NCBI GenBank assembly: GCA_034437795.1 | Contig: DAOTTI010000137.1 | Span: 496-64,495 of the forward strand | Reading direction: 5' to 3' | DNA length: 64,000 nucleotides | From: Chloroflexota bacterium | GTDB lineage: Bacteria; Chloroflexota; UBA11872; UBA12225 | Part shown: positions 17,179 through 27,057 of the stretch, piece by piece | Numbering within the stretch: the first letter of the stretch is position 1 | Layout: every line of letters begins with the position of its first letter | Translations under genes and position numbers: made by a program | Notes under the pieces: generated by a model | Told to the model about the DNA's origin: nothing | The model's input: only the letters and a program-made list of their open reading frames with translations | Database searches by the model: none

Positions 17179-18309
17179 CTATCCGATCGTCCAGGTGGCG
17201 TCGTTGACCAGCGCGAGCTGGCCGCTCTGGGCGGAGCGGATGCCGGCGTCCAGGATGGCCATGGCGTCCAGGTTGAACTCCAGCTGGAGCGTCTCATGCA
17301 GGGGCTCGCCGGTCTCCAGGTGGTGCATGACCTCCTTGGCCAGCGTCTCGCGTCCCTCCGGGAGCGGGTCCAGGGGCACCACCTCCGGCTGCGTACCGCG
17401 GCCGCGGCGGATGGTGACGGTCTGGCGGTCGCCCTGGCGCTCCACCACAATCGTGCCGGTGGAGCCGTAGAGCAGCGGACCCGTCGGCACGCCGTGATCG
17501 GGGCAGGACCAGGTGGCCTCCAGAATGGCCAACGCCCTGGGGAAGCGGACGGTGATCACGGCGTTGTCGTCGGCATTGCCGTACTGGGTCAGGAAGTTGG
17601 CCCGCATCCCGTAGGCGGCGACGGCCGGCTCGCCGATGAACCATCTGGACAGGCACGCGCCGTAACAGCAGTAATCGAGCAGCGCCCCGCCCCCGGCCGC
17701 GGCCTGGTGCCACCAGGTAGCGCCCTTCTCCTCGTCCGTCATCTCCACCGCCTGGCCGGCGACGCCCGGATGGGTGGAGCCGTGGGAGAGGGGGCCCATC
17801 GAGCCGGCGCGCCACTTGACCTGCCAGAGCTGGCCGATGGCGCCCTCCCGCACTAGGCGGTGGGCGGTGCGCACCGCCGGCGACCAGGTGGTGGGCCAGT
17901 TCACCACCAGGGTCACGCCCGCGCGGCGCGCCGCGCGGGCCATGCGCAGCGCCTCCGGCTGGGAGGCGGCCATCGGCTTCTCCGTGACCATGTGTGCCCC
18001 GTGGGCCGCGATCGCCTCGGCCACCTCGCCGTGGCGCGCGTTCTCGGGGCAGAACAGGACCAGATCGAAGCGCTCCTTGTCCAGCATCTCACGATAGTCG
18101 TCGTAGACCTTCGGGATGCCGATGTCCTCGTGGGCGTGGCGCTTGTTCCAGTCGCGCGTGAACCGGGCTTCCACCAGCTCGGGCACGGCCGGCTTGGTGT
18201 CGGCGCAGGCCACCCACTCCACGTTCGGTAGCTCGTGAAAGACGCGCATCAGCTCGTTAATGTGCATGTGGGCGAACCCGATGACGCCCAGCCGGTAGGT
18301 CTTTGGCAT
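17179..18309 (-). CDS. Gfo/Idh/MocA family oxidoreductase
   Basis: MPKTYRLGVIGFAHMHINELM..MVTEKPMA. GAGGAGG lies upstream. Confidence 0.85.
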   Translation of the reverse strand: MPKTYRLGVIGFAHMHINELMRVFHELPNVEWVACADTKPAVPELVEARFTRDWNKRHAHEDIGIPKVYDDYREMLDKERFDLVLFCPENARHGEVAEAIAAHGAHMVTEKPMAASQPEALRMARAARRAGVTLVVNWPTTWSPAVRTAHRLVREGAIGQLWQVKWRAGSMGPLSHGSTHPGVAGQAVEMTDEEKGATWWHQAAAGGGALLDYCCYGACLSRWFIGEPAVAAYGMRANFLTQYGNADDNAVITVRFPRALAILEATWSCPDHGVPTGPLLYGSTGTIVVERQGDRQTVTIRRGRGTQPEVVPLDPLPEGRETLAKEVMHHLETGEPLHETLQLEFNLDAMAILDAGIRSAQSGQLALVNDATWTIG

Positions 18310-18370
18310 CGTCGCCTCCTCTGCCCTGTCGCGCAGCCGCGCAGCGCGCGCTTAGCTGTCAGCTTAGCTG

Positions 18371-19390
18371 TCAGTTGAAGGTGATCACGCACTTCCCCGT
18401 CTTGCCGGCGTCGAAGAGCCGGAAGGCGGCGTCCGCTTCCTCCAGCGAGAAGGTGTGGGTGATGATCTGGCGTAACGGCACCTTCCGGTCCACGATGAAG
18501 CGGGCGCACTCTTCCATGCCGACCGTGCTAAAGGTCCATGACCCATGGATCGTGAGCTGCTTGTGGATGATCTGCGGGCTCACGTCAAAGGTCGTCGTAT
18601 TGCCCTCTCCCACAAAGCACACACGGCCGAAGATGCGGGCGCTGCGCACCGCGTTGACGCGGGCCTCCGGATTGCCGGTGGCGTCGAGCGTGGCGTCGGC
18701 CCCCTCGCCGTGGGTCAGGTCCAGGATGGTCCTGACGGGATCCCGCGCCATGGCGTTGATCGTCTCACTGGCACCGTACCGGCCGGCCAGCTGTAGCCGC
18801 TCTTCGCAGACGTCAATGGCGATGACGTGCGCCCCCATCGCCGCCCCCAGTATGGTGGCGCTGAGCCCGACCGGCCCCTGGCCGAAGACGGCCAGCGTGT
18901 CCCGCCCAGAGACGTCCAGGCGCTTGAGCGCCATGTAGGCGGTGCCGGTGCCGCAGGCCACGGCCGCCCCTTCCTCGAAGGTCAGCTCATCCGGGAGGCG
19001 TACCATGGTCCGGGCCGGTGCCAGCAGGTAGTCGGCGTTTCCCCCGTGGGCATTGGAGCCGTAGGTCTTGTGGCTGACCAGGCATAGCTGAGAGTAGCCC
19101 ACGCGGCAGTACTTGCACTGCCCGCAGCCCACGTAATGGTGCATCATCACGCGGTCGCCGGCCTGCCAGCCGGTCACGGCCTCGCCCGCGGCCACGATCA
19201 CGCCGCAGGGCTCGTGGCCGGAGATAAAGACCTTGTCTGGATCACGCCGTGGCCCGCGATAGGGGCGCAGGTCGCTCCCACAGATGCCGGAGGCCTTCAT
19301 TGCCAGCACGACGTCGTGCGGCCCCGGCGACGGATCCGGATAGTGGCGCAGCTCCGTTTGGCGCTCACCTAACAGCACTAGCCCGCGCAT
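18371..19390 (-). CDS. Zinc-dependent alcohol/polyol dehydrogenase (MDR family)
   Basis: ASGICGSDLRPY..GHEPCGVI..CGQCKYCRVG gives the catalytic and structural Zn motifs. GQGPVGL is the NAD-binding motif. Confidence 0.85.
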   Translation of the reverse strand: MRGLVLLGERQTELRHYPDPSPGPHDVVLAMKASGICGSDLRPYRGPRRDPDKVFISGHEPCGVIVAAGEAVTGWQAGDRVMMHHYVGCGQCKYCRVGYSQLCLVSHKTYGSNAHGGNADYLLAPARTMVRLPDELTFEEGAAVACGTGTAYMALKRLDVSGRDTLAVFGQGPVGLSATILGAAMGAHVIAIDVCEERLQLAGRYGASETINAMARDPVRTILDLTHGEGADATLDATGNPEARVNAVRSARIFGRVCFVGEGNTTTFDVSPQIIHKQLTIHGSWTFSTVGMEECARFIVDRKVPLRQIITHTFSLEEADAAFRLFDAGKTGKCVITFN

Positions 19391-19489
19391 GCGTGCCCCT
19401 CCGATCTTTGAAGCTCTTCAAGCAGTAACCTGGCTTCGCATCAGCCCTTGTGCGTCCCAAGGGTACCGCTCCCGGCGAGATAGCACCAC

Positions 19490-19625
19490 TCCCCGTTTGG
19501 CCCCGCCGCCCCGCGGCCCCGACGCGGGGACGCGCGGGCACGGAGACGCGGGGAGGGACGTCACCCCCTAGCCCCCTCTCCGACGTGGGGACGCGGAGAG
19601 GCGGAGAGGAGGGACGCCAGCCAGG
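19490..19625. repeat. Family-B hairpin repeats
   Basis: GGACGTCACCCCCTAGCCCCCTCTCCGACGTGGGGACGCGGAGAGG plus flanking GACGCGGGGA modules. Confidence 0.8.
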
Positions 19626-19839
19626 GGTAAGGGATCTGGCCCATGGTGGCCGCGCCGCCCGCGCGCCGACGTGGAGAAGGGGACGACAGCCACGGCCGTG
19701 CGGATCGGTCGCGCGGCGTCTTCACCCGCACGCGGGGAGGGCGGAACGCCGCCGATGGCCTGGCGCCATCTTCAGCTTGCGCCCTTGGCGGGGGCACAAT
19801 GCGGTGGAGCCGGTTGGCCTGGCTACACTCTGGCGCGGC

Positions 19840-21837
19840 ATGTCGCTCTCCTGCGGGCACCGGCAGCGAGGCCACTGGTCGAGGTGGGTTGCCTCGCTGG
19901 CCGCGGTGGGCCTGGCCGTGGCCTTGGGATGGATCGATCCGGCGGCAGCCGGCGACCTGCGCCCCAGCCCGGACGCGGTGGAGTACGCCCTGGCGGCCGA
20001 GGCGCTGGCGCGCTTCCGGCCACCGGAGGTCCGCATCGGCGATCTGGCGGCCCCGCCCCGCTATCCTTTCGGCTTCCCGCTCCTCGCCGCCCCGTTCTTC
20101 TGGTGGCCGGGCGGCGAACCGGCAGCGCTTCATCGTGCTGCACTGGCCTCACTCGCGGCGGGCGTGGCGATGGTCTGGTGTGTGGCCCTGGCCGGCCGGC
20201 GCGCCTTCGGGGGGCCGGCCGCGGCCCTGGCGGTGCTGCTGGCCCTGCTCAGCCCCTTCTACCAGACGTACACGCGCCTGGTCATGGCCGAGATGGCGAC
20301 TGCGGCCATTTTTGCGGCCATGGCGGTGGTGCTGGCCGGGTGGCCGGCCAGGGCGGATGCCGGCTCGTGGCGGGGCGCCACCGGCCGCGGGGCGGCCCTG
20401 GGCGTGCTGCTGGCGGGGGCGACCACCGTACGCCTCGCCAACGTACAGGCGGGGGCCGCCGTGCTGGCGGCGCTCTTGCTCGGACCTGCAGCCGGTCGCC
20501 GGCGCGCGCTCCTGGCCTGTACCGGCGCCTTCACATTGGGCATGGCACCGCTGCTTGCCTACCAGTGGACCACGTTCGGCTCGCCCCTCCGTACGGGCTA
20601 CCACCTGTGGACGCCCGACTGGGCCGGCGCCGGCCGAGCGGTGTTCCACGCCGGCTATGCGCTGCGGGCGCCAGCGCTCCCGTCCGGTGCGATGCAGCCG
20701 AACCTGGCCCACTATCTCGCCGCCTGGCTCGGGCTGCCGGCGCGGGGCGACGCGGGGGAGCCGGTGCCGAGCCCGGTCCACACCTCGCTGGCGGCTCCCT
20801 TGGCCATGGCCGCCGTGGCGGGGACCTGGAGCGGGCTCCGTCGCCCGCCGTCGCGCCCGGTGGCGGCCTTTATCACCGCCGGCGTGGCGGCGGCGCTGGT
20901 GGCGTATGGGGCCTACTTCTACCAGGACGTGCGCTTCATCGCCCCGTGGGCGCCGCTGTGGCTGCTCCTGGCGGCAGCCGGCATCGTCTGGGGAGCCGGC
21001 GGCATCTGGGCGTTCGCATCCACGCACTGGTCTCAGGCGCGCGTGTTCTGCCCGGCCGGCGTTGACGCCGTTGGGACGGCGCGGGCCAGCAGCGCGGTGG
21101 CTTCGCTGAGTACGGCCATCGCCGGCGGGACAAGTGTGGCGCTCCTGGTGGCGGTGGCCATCGGGGCGCCTGCCGTGGTGACGCAGGCCCCGCTCTGGCA
21201 GCGAGTGGTGGAGCGACGTCCGGCGCCGGTCCCGCCCCGGCTGGCGCAGCTTCAGGCCCTGGCGCGCGAAGCGCCCCCCGACGCCTGGATCATCACGGCC
21301 ATCGATGGCCCGCTGGTCGACTACTATGCGCTGCGCGGCACGCAGCGCCGCTACCTGGCGCTGGCCCGCGGCCTCGAATTCGTCGATAAGCCGCCCTTTC
21401 GCCGCGTGCCGGCAGCGCCCGAGGCGCGTGCGGCGATCGGGGCGCGGCTGGCGGCGACCTCTGATCCCATCGCGGCAGGCGTCATCATTGACCGGTGGTC
21501 GCTTGAGTTCGCGGAGCGGCTTCCCGCCTACCGCGCCGAGCTCGACCGCGTGCTGGCCGGGTTGGAGCTCTGGCCGGGGGGCGCCGGCGCGCCGGTGCGC
21601 CCGAGCTTCTACATCGTTGCGCCGGCCGGCGCGGACCGAGGCGTGTCGCGATATGCCCTGCGGGACGGCGAGCCGCTGCGGGGCAGCGGCGACGCGATAT
21701 TCGTCTACGAGCGGGGCTACCGCCGGCACCTGCCCAGCATCGCCGCCTTCCTGGCGCGCGGCCTCCGGTGGGAGGACGTCCGGCGCCTGCCCGACGTGGT
21801 GCTGGAGGCCATTCCGGTGGCGCCTCCCCTCAGCTGA
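19840..21837 (+). CDS. Polytopic membrane protein, GT-C (ArnT/PMT-like) glycosyltransferase candidate
   Basis: More than 10 hydrophobic segments. PDAVEYALAAE in the first loop resembles the DExxY loop of GT39/GT83. A soluble C-terminal domain of about 200 aa follows. ATG 19840 is chosen because 19450-19839 is repeat sequence. Confidence 0.5.
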   Translation: MSLSCGHRQRGHWSRWVASLAAVGLAVALGWIDPAAAGDLRPSPDAVEYALAAEALARFRPPEVRIGDLAAPPRYPFGFPLLAAPFFWWPGGEPAALHRAALASLAAGVAMVWCVALAGRRAFGGPAAALAVLLALLSPFYQTYTRLVMAEMATAAIFAAMAVVLAGWPARADAGSWRGATGRGAALGVLLAGATTVRLANVQAGAAVLAALLLGPAAGRRRALLACTGAFTLGMAPLLAYQWTTFGSPLRTGYHLWTPDWAGAGRAVFHAGYALRAPALPSGAMQPNLAHYLAAWLGLPARGDAGEPVPSPVHTSLAAPLAMAAVAGTWSGLRRPPSRPVAAFITAGVAAALVAYGAYFYQDVRFIAPWAPLWLLLAAAGIVWGAGGIWAFASTHWSQARVFCPAGVDAVGTARASSAVASLSTAIAGGTSVALLVAVAIGAPAVVTQAPLWQRVVERRPAPVPPRLAQLQALAREAPPDAWIITAIDGPLVDYYALRGTQRRYLALARGLEFVDKPPFRRVPAAPEARAAIGARLAATSDPIAAGVIIDRWSLEFAERLPAYRAELDRVLAGLELWPGGAGAPVRPSFYIVAPAGADRGVSRYALRDGEPLRGSGDAIFVYERGYRRHLPSIAAFLARGLRWEDVRRLPDVVLEAIPVAPPLS

Positions 21838-21844
21838 GCCGCCG

Positions 21845-22135
21845 GCCCTGCCGCCCGCCTCACCCCGACGCGCAGACGTGGAGACGCGGGGAACAGACCT
21901 CACCCCTTCGGTCGTGGCCGCGCCGGGAGGGACCTCACCCCCTAGCCCCCTTTCCGACACGGAGAGGGGAACGCGGGCCACGGCCGTACGGCTTAGCGGT
22001 GCCGGGAGGGACGACCTCACGCCTTCGGTCGTGGCCGCGCCGGGAGGGAAGAGAGACCTCACCCCCTAGCCCCGTCTCCGACACGGAGAGGGGGAACGAT
22101 GGCCACGGCCGTACGGCTGGATCGCGCCGCTCGCG
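21845..22135. repeat. Family-B composite repeat, tandemly duplicated (117-bp period)
   Basis: The units start at 21896 and 22013. Each reads GACCTCAC(C/G)CCTTCGGTCGTGGCCGCGCCGGGAGGGA..GACCTCACCCCCTAGCCCC.TCTCCGACACGGAGAGGGG.AACG..GGCCACGGCCGTACGGCT. Confidence 0.85.
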
Positions 22136-22437
22136 GTCTCGCACGCCGGAGCGGGAGACGGGGCCGTGGCCTGGTGTGCCGGCCACACAATCGCCTATGC
22201 TCAATCACTTGCTGAACCGGCCTGGGGGCGCGGGAGCAGGGAGGGGTGCAACCAGCTTTCGCGGATGGTGGAGCCCTCACCCTAGCCCTCTCCCATTGGG
22301 AGAGAGAACCAACGGCGCCCGGTTCGGTTCCATCCGAGATTACCGCACGCACCCAGCAGGGAGTGCGCTGGCGCCTCCAATCCGGGTACGCTAGACGATG
22401 GCAAAGCGGTGCTGAGCCGGAGGGAGGCACATCGGCC

Positions 22438-22917
22438 GTGAGCGAGACGAGCGGTGGACCGACCGGTATCGAGGGATGGCGTCAGCTGCTGGTGCCGGTG
22501 CGTGGCGGCGCCGATGCCCTGGCGCGGGCACGGCTGGCGCTGCGCCTGGCGGCAGCCACCGGCGCCCGCGTCACTGCCCTGTACGTGGTGGACGAACGGC
22601 TGCTGGGCGACCCCGATGCCGCCCTGGTGCGGGACACGCTGCACCACCAGCTGGTGCGGGAAGGCGAGGCCGTGCTGAAGAGCATCGTTGAGCTGCCGGA
22701 AGCGCAGGGGGTCCACGTCACGACGCGAGTGGCGCGTGGGCAGGTGGTGGAGACGATCGTCCGCGTGGCCGATGAGATTGGGGCCGATGTGATTGTAGTG
22801 GGGTCCCACCGCCAGACCTGGCTCGGACGTCTGCTGGGCGGGAGCGTCGCCGAATCGGTGCTGCGCGCCGCCAGGTGCGCCGTTCTGGCCATTCCGCCAC
22901 GGGAGCGCGCCGCGTGA
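22438..22917 (+). CDS. Universal stress protein (UspA family)
   Basis: WRQLLVPVRGGADA..ADVIVVGSHRQTWLGRLLGGSVAESVLRAARCAVLAI. GTG 22438 lies 10 nt after GGAGGGAGG. The ORF upstream of that point is repeat sequence. Confidence 0.8.
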   Translation: MSETSGGPTGIEGWRQLLVPVRGGADALARARLALRLAAATGARVTALYVVDERLLGDPDAALVRDTLHHQLVREGEAVLKSIVELPEAQGVHVTTRVARGQVVETIVRVADEIGADVIVVGSHRQTWLGRLLGGSVAESVLRAARCAVLAIPPRERAA

Positions 22918-23157
22918 CCGGTCCCCGCCGTCGCGCCGCCAGCCAGGGCGTGAGATCGGTGCTTATCCGCGCTCATGGTATGGCGCGAATGGCCCGCCGG
23001 CGGCGATGGCGGCGCCGTTGATGGGTGATGGCCAGGTCGGCGTGCCCTCTAGCCCCACCGTACCCGCCCAGAGACCGGACCCCGCTTGGACAGGCGAGAG
23101 AACCTAGAGAAACTCAGAGAGCTGAGAGCACCGAGAGCAATCTAGCAGAGGTGAGTC

Positions 23158-23592
23158 GTGGCTGAAGAGAGAGCTGCCGACGGATCCGATTATCCCCAGG
23201 ACCGGCAGGACGCGCAAGAGGCCGGTGAAGCCGAGGCCGCATTGGCGGAAGAGGCGGTGCTGAACGCCGCTGTCGCCTTTGCCGGCCACGTGGTGACCGC
23301 CGCGCAGCAGGCAGCCGAAAAGGCAGGCGAGAACGTCTCTCCTGCCCTGCAGGAGGCCATGTACCGGCAGTATCTGTTGGAGACGGCCACCCTGTGCCTG
23401 CGTCGGCTGGGCGAGGCCTATGCCCGCGCGGCCGACGATCCGGCGCAGGCGGCGCTTGCCGGCCTGCTGCGCGATGGCGCGGAGCGGGCCAGGCAGGTCT
23501 CGGCCACTGCCGAAGCGCTCGGCGACCTGGCCCTCGACCTGCTGGAACGGCTGGTGGCGGCGTCACGGGAGCCGCCGACGGGCGCGGGCTGA
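23158..23592 (+). CDS. Hypothetical acidic helical protein (144 aa)
   Basis: The ORF has good GC3 bias and a GTG start. No motif is recognised. Confidence 0.4.
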   Translation: MAEERAADGSDYPQDRQDAQEAGEAEAALAEEAVLNAAVAFAGHVVTAAQQAAEKAGENVSPALQEAMYRQYLLETATLCLRRLGEAYARAADDPAQAALAGLLRDGAERARQVSATAEALGDLALDLLERLVAASREPPTGAG

Positions 23593-24084
23593 GCCGCGCG
23601 CACTACTATTGCTGGGCCGGGTGTCGCGCGGGCGAGCCGCCGCCCGGTCGCCTCGCGGGGATCGGGACGGGCGTCCCTGCTGGCGACGGTCACGAGGTGG
23701 CTCGCGCCAGCGCCGCAGCAGGTCCTGCAAGGCCTGTTGCCAGGCGCGGGCCTCTGTGGGCGCCTGGCCGCCCGACAGTCTCGGGCGCTCCCACAGGGTC
23801 TCCAGCAGGAACGCGAGCAACGCCTCGCGGAGCCAGCGCGGGACCGGCTGGCCAGCGTTTAGGCAGGCCACCAGCGCTCGCGACAGCCCATCCGTCTGGC
23901 CGGCCACGAACGGTTCGTTGACGCGCCAGCGCCGGGTGGTGGCGAGCAGATCGAGGACGGTCCAGGTATCGAGCCGTTCGGGTGGCGGCGCCGGTGGTGG
24001 GCCGACCCGTCCCGGCGGGCGGGGCGCCGACCCTGACGGCGGGGCATGTCCACCGGGCGCCAGATCTGGATCGACGTTCGTCAT
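23563..24084 (-). CDS. Hypothetical protein (173 aa)
   Basis: The core ERLDTWTVLDLLATTRRWRVNEPFVAGQTDGLSRALVACLNAGQPVPRWLREALLAFLLETLWERP looks protein-like. It converges on the previous ORF and overlaps it by 30 nt. Confidence 0.4.
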   Translation of the reverse strand: MTNVDPDLAPGGHAPPSGSAPRPPGRVGPPPAPPPERLDTWTVLDLLATTRRWRVNEPFVAGQTDGLSRALVACLNAGQPVPRWLREALLAFLLETLWERPRLSGGQAPTEARAWQQALQDLLRRWREPPRDRRQQGRPSRSPRGDRAAARPRDTRPSNSSARGSARARRRLP

Positions 24085-24225
24085 GGGCAAGCTGCCGGCG
24101 CTGCATGCGGGCCAGGAAACGGGAGATCTCTCACGGGCAGGCTACCAAACGGCGACCGGTACGATCAGGCCCCGCATGCAGCGCCCTGGCCGGCCGGTAC
24201 TGCGGGACCAGTGGCCCGATCACGT

Positions 24226-25683
24226 ATGATCAGGTTCTGCATGCAGCGCGCTCGCGCCCCAGGCTCCGCCGCGCCGGTACCGCCGGCTGCGCCCCCGCAG
24301 GCAGGGCAGGCAGACCACGCAGGGTCGGTAGGGGAGACTGGGAAGGAACCGGATCGCGGAGGGCGAGCCCCGCGCCCGGCCGAGGCAGGCTCACGGGCCC
24401 ACGTGCCGCTGCTGGCGCTGCTCACGCTGGCCCACGTTCTGGTGGATACCTACGCCACCATCGTGCCAGCCCTGCTCCCCTTCTGGCAGGCCCGCTTCCA
24501 GCTCAGCTACGGCCTGGCCGGGCTGATCACCGGCATCGCCAACGTGACGTCATCTGTGGCGCAGCCGCTGGTGGGGATGCTCACCGACCGCGGGCGCCAC
24601 CCGCGCTGGCTGGCCATCGCCTGCCTGGTCGCCGCTGCGGGGATCAGCGCTACCGGCCTGGCCGCATCCTATCCGCTGTTCCTCGCCCTGGTGGTGTGCG
24701 GCGGGCTGGGCGTGAGCAGCTTTCATCCCCAGGGCTACAAGCTCGTCGGGCTGCACTCCGGCCGGCGGCAGGCGGCGGCTACGTCCTGGTTTCTGGTGGG
24801 CGGCAATCTGGGGGTGGCCCTCGGGCCGCTGGTCGGTACGGCCGCGGTGCTCCGGTTCGGGCTGCCGGGGACGGCGCTGCTCTTGCTGCCTGGCGCGGCC
24901 CTGGCCGCCGTCCTGTGGTGGCTGGTGCCCCGCTGGACCAGGGCCGAGGCCTCCGGCCAGCGGGTTGGCGGCGCCGCGCTGGGGCGCGATGGGCGCTGGC
25001 GCGCGCCGACGGGCGACACGACGGATAGCGCGCGTGTATTGCCGGCACCGTCTGCGGCGCCGCCCATGGTACCGCCCGTGGTCGCCGGTCTGAGTATGGG
25101 GCGGCGGATGGCGGCGATTGCCCTGCTGGTCGCAGCCGTGGCGGTGCGCTCCACGGTCACGAGTTCGCTGGCCAGCTTCATCCCGCTCTACTACGTGCGC
25201 GTCGCCGGCATGAGCGAGGCCTTCGCCAGCCGCGTGCTGGCGGGCACGCTCCTGAGCGGCGCGGCCGCCACCATCGCCGGCGGCTATCTGGCCGACCGGT
25301 GGGGCCGGCTCCGCACCATTGGCGCCACCCTGCTCCCCGTCCCCGCGCTGCTGCTGGCCTTCCTGGCTGCGCCTCCTGACAGCCCTGCGACACTAGCGGC
25401 GCTGTGGGCGGCGGGGGCCCTGGTCACGGCCTCGTTTTCGATTACGGTGGTCCTGGCCCAGGACCTGTGGTACGAGCGCCGCGCGCTGGCCTCCGGCGTG
25501 ATCGTCGGCTTCGCCTTCGGGACGGGTGGCCTGTTCGTGCCCCTGGTGGGGGCCCTCGCCGACCGGTGGGGCCTGGCGGCGGGGCTGCGGCTGGTGGCGC
25601 TGCTCCCGCTCGTCTCCCTGCTGCTGTTCGGCCTCCTGGCGGCGCTGCTCGAGCGCCCCCGACCGGCGGCGCCGGCTGGGTAG
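24226..25683 (+). CDS. MFS transporter
   Basis: LLALLTLAHVLVDTYATIVPALLP..GMLTDRGRHPRW, with about 12 TM segments. The start is uncertain (ATG 24226 or 24241, or the longer 24046). Confidence 0.8.
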   Translation: MIRFCMQRARAPGSAAPVPPAAPPQAGQADHAGSVGETGKEPDRGGRAPRPAEAGSRAHVPLLALLTLAHVLVDTYATIVPALLPFWQARFQLSYGLAGLITGIANVTSSVAQPLVGMLTDRGRHPRWLAIACLVAAAGISATGLAASYPLFLALVVCGGLGVSSFHPQGYKLVGLHSGRRQAAATSWFLVGGNLGVALGPLVGTAAVLRFGLPGTALLLLPGAALAAVLWWLVPRWTRAEASGQRVGGAALGRDGRWRAPTGDTTDSARVLPAPSAAPPMVPPVVAGLSMGRRMAAIALLVAAVAVRSTVTSSLASFIPLYYVRVAGMSEAFASRVLAGTLLSGAAATIAGGYLADRWGRLRTIGATLLPVPALLLAFLAAPPDSPATLAALWAAGALVTASFSITVVLAQDLWYERRALASGVIVGFAFGTGGLFVPLVGALADRWGLAAGLRLVALLPLVSLLLFGLLAALLERPRPAAPAG

Positions 25684-25704
25684 CGCCATTGGGGGTGGCA
25701 ACGG

Positions 25705-26544
25705 CTAGGCGTACGAGAAGACGATGCGGACGCGGGCGCGGACCGTCAGCTCGCCCGGCTGGACTGGCACTGCCTGCGCACCTTCAGCCGTGGCCGCCTG
25801 GGCCTGGCGCACGATGGGTCCGGCTGGGCCTTCGTCCACGACCGCCTGCACCCCGGTAAGGCGGAGCCCGAGCGCCGCCGCCAGGGCCTCCGCCTTGGTG
25901 CGGGCCGATTGGGCGGCCATCTCCAGCGCGCGCCGGCGCAGCGGCGCTTCATCCTTGATGGCGAAGCGCAGGCCGCCGGCCACGTTCGCCCCCGCGCCAA
26001 CGGCGGCGTCCAGCACCTCGCCCACCTTGGCGATGCTGTCGACGGTGACGGCCACGGTGTTCGAGGCGCGATAACCGGCGATCTGCGGCGGCGCCTGGTC
26101 GCCCGGTCTCGGCTGAGTAGTGATGGGGACGAGGTTCACGCCGGTCGTGCGGAGCGCCTGCTCGGGGATGCCGGCGCGCTTGACGGCGTCGATGACCGCG
26201 CTCATGGCCGCGGAGTTGGCGTCCATCGCCTCACGGGCCGTCTTACCCTCCGTCTGGACGCCGAGGCTGAGGTAGGCGACGTCTGGCGTGCCGGTCACCT
26301 CACCCTCGCCGGAGACGGTGATGCCGGCGGGCGGCGCGCCGGGCTGCCCGGGTGGGGTCGGCACGATCCCCTGCGCCAGGGCGGTCTCCGTGCCAAGGGA
26401 CGCGGCCCTGGGGCCCCCGCTGCCCCGAGGCAGGGTGGCGTGACGCGCGGCGAGCAGGCCGCCGGCGGCGACCAGGCTCAGCACGATGGCGAGCGCAAGC
26501 GATAGGCGACCAACGCCGGAGATGTGCAGCGTCTTGAGCATCAC
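25705..26544 (-). CDS. SIMPL / DUF541 family periplasmic protein
   Basis: An N-terminal TM/signal segment is followed by ITVSGEGEVTGTPDVAYLSLGVQTEGKTAREAMDANSAAMSAVIDAVK..ELTVRARVRIVFSY. Confidence 0.8.
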   Translation of the reverse strand: MMLKTLHISGVGRLSLALAIVLSLVAAGGLLAARHATLPRGSGGPRAASLGTETALAQGIVPTPPGQPGAPPAGITVSGEGEVTGTPDVAYLSLGVQTEGKTAREAMDANSAAMSAVIDAVKRAGIPEQALRTTGVNLVPITTQPRPGDQAPPQIAGYRASNTVAVTVDSIAKVGEVLDAAVGAGANVAGGLRFAIKDEAPLRRRALEMAAQSARTKAEALAAALGLRLTGVQAVVDEGPAGPIVRQAQAATAEGAQAVPVQPGELTVRARVRIVFSYA

Positions 26545-26734
26545 GGTATCCTTACTGCTCTAGATGGATGAGGTGCGGCGATTCAAACGCGCCGCATCCT
26601 ACAAGAGAGATGCCGCGCAGGCGGGAAAGGTTCCCGGCGTCAGTGGGAACCCGGCGGAGGCGCTCCTGCGAGCCCGCCGGAGCCGCCGTAGCAGCTTCTA
26701 TCGGGAATATTGGCAACGCATCCGCATCAGCTGG

Positions 26735-26875
26735 CGTGGCGGACCTCACCCCCTTCGGTCGGGGCCGCGCCACACCCGCCCCGTTCCCCACCCCGCCGTG
26801 CGGCTGGGCCCCGCCGGCCCCGCTCCGACACGGCGAGGGGGGACGCAGGCCATGGCGTGGCGCCATCTGGAACTA
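26735..26875. repeat. Family-B module array
   Basis: GGACCTCACCCCCTTCGGTCGGGGCCGCGCC ... CCGCTCCGACACGGCGAGGGGGGACGCAGGCC ... TGGCGCCATCTGGAAC. Confidence 0.8.
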
Positions 26876-27057
26876 TTGCGCACGCCCTTATATCGGGGAT
26901 GGATTGACGGGAGCGAGATTCACAGGTACAGTGCGCGTGATTGCTGGCCCCGCACGGCGCGCTCTGTGCGGGGGCCCGCCTCCGCGCCCGTGGCCCCGAG
27001 CGCGTGAGGCGTACGCTGGCGTCGCCCGTTACTCGGTCTAGCGGCAATAGACCACGT

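Noticed and set aside
20149-22062. The 637-aa minus-strand ORF and other long alternative-frame ORFs (19643..21109, 19671..21065) over the GT-C-like membrane gene.
   Set aside because: Their composition is extreme (Arg/Gly/Pro). They run through the repeat array at 21845-22062. The plus-strand frame gives coherent transmembrane helices.
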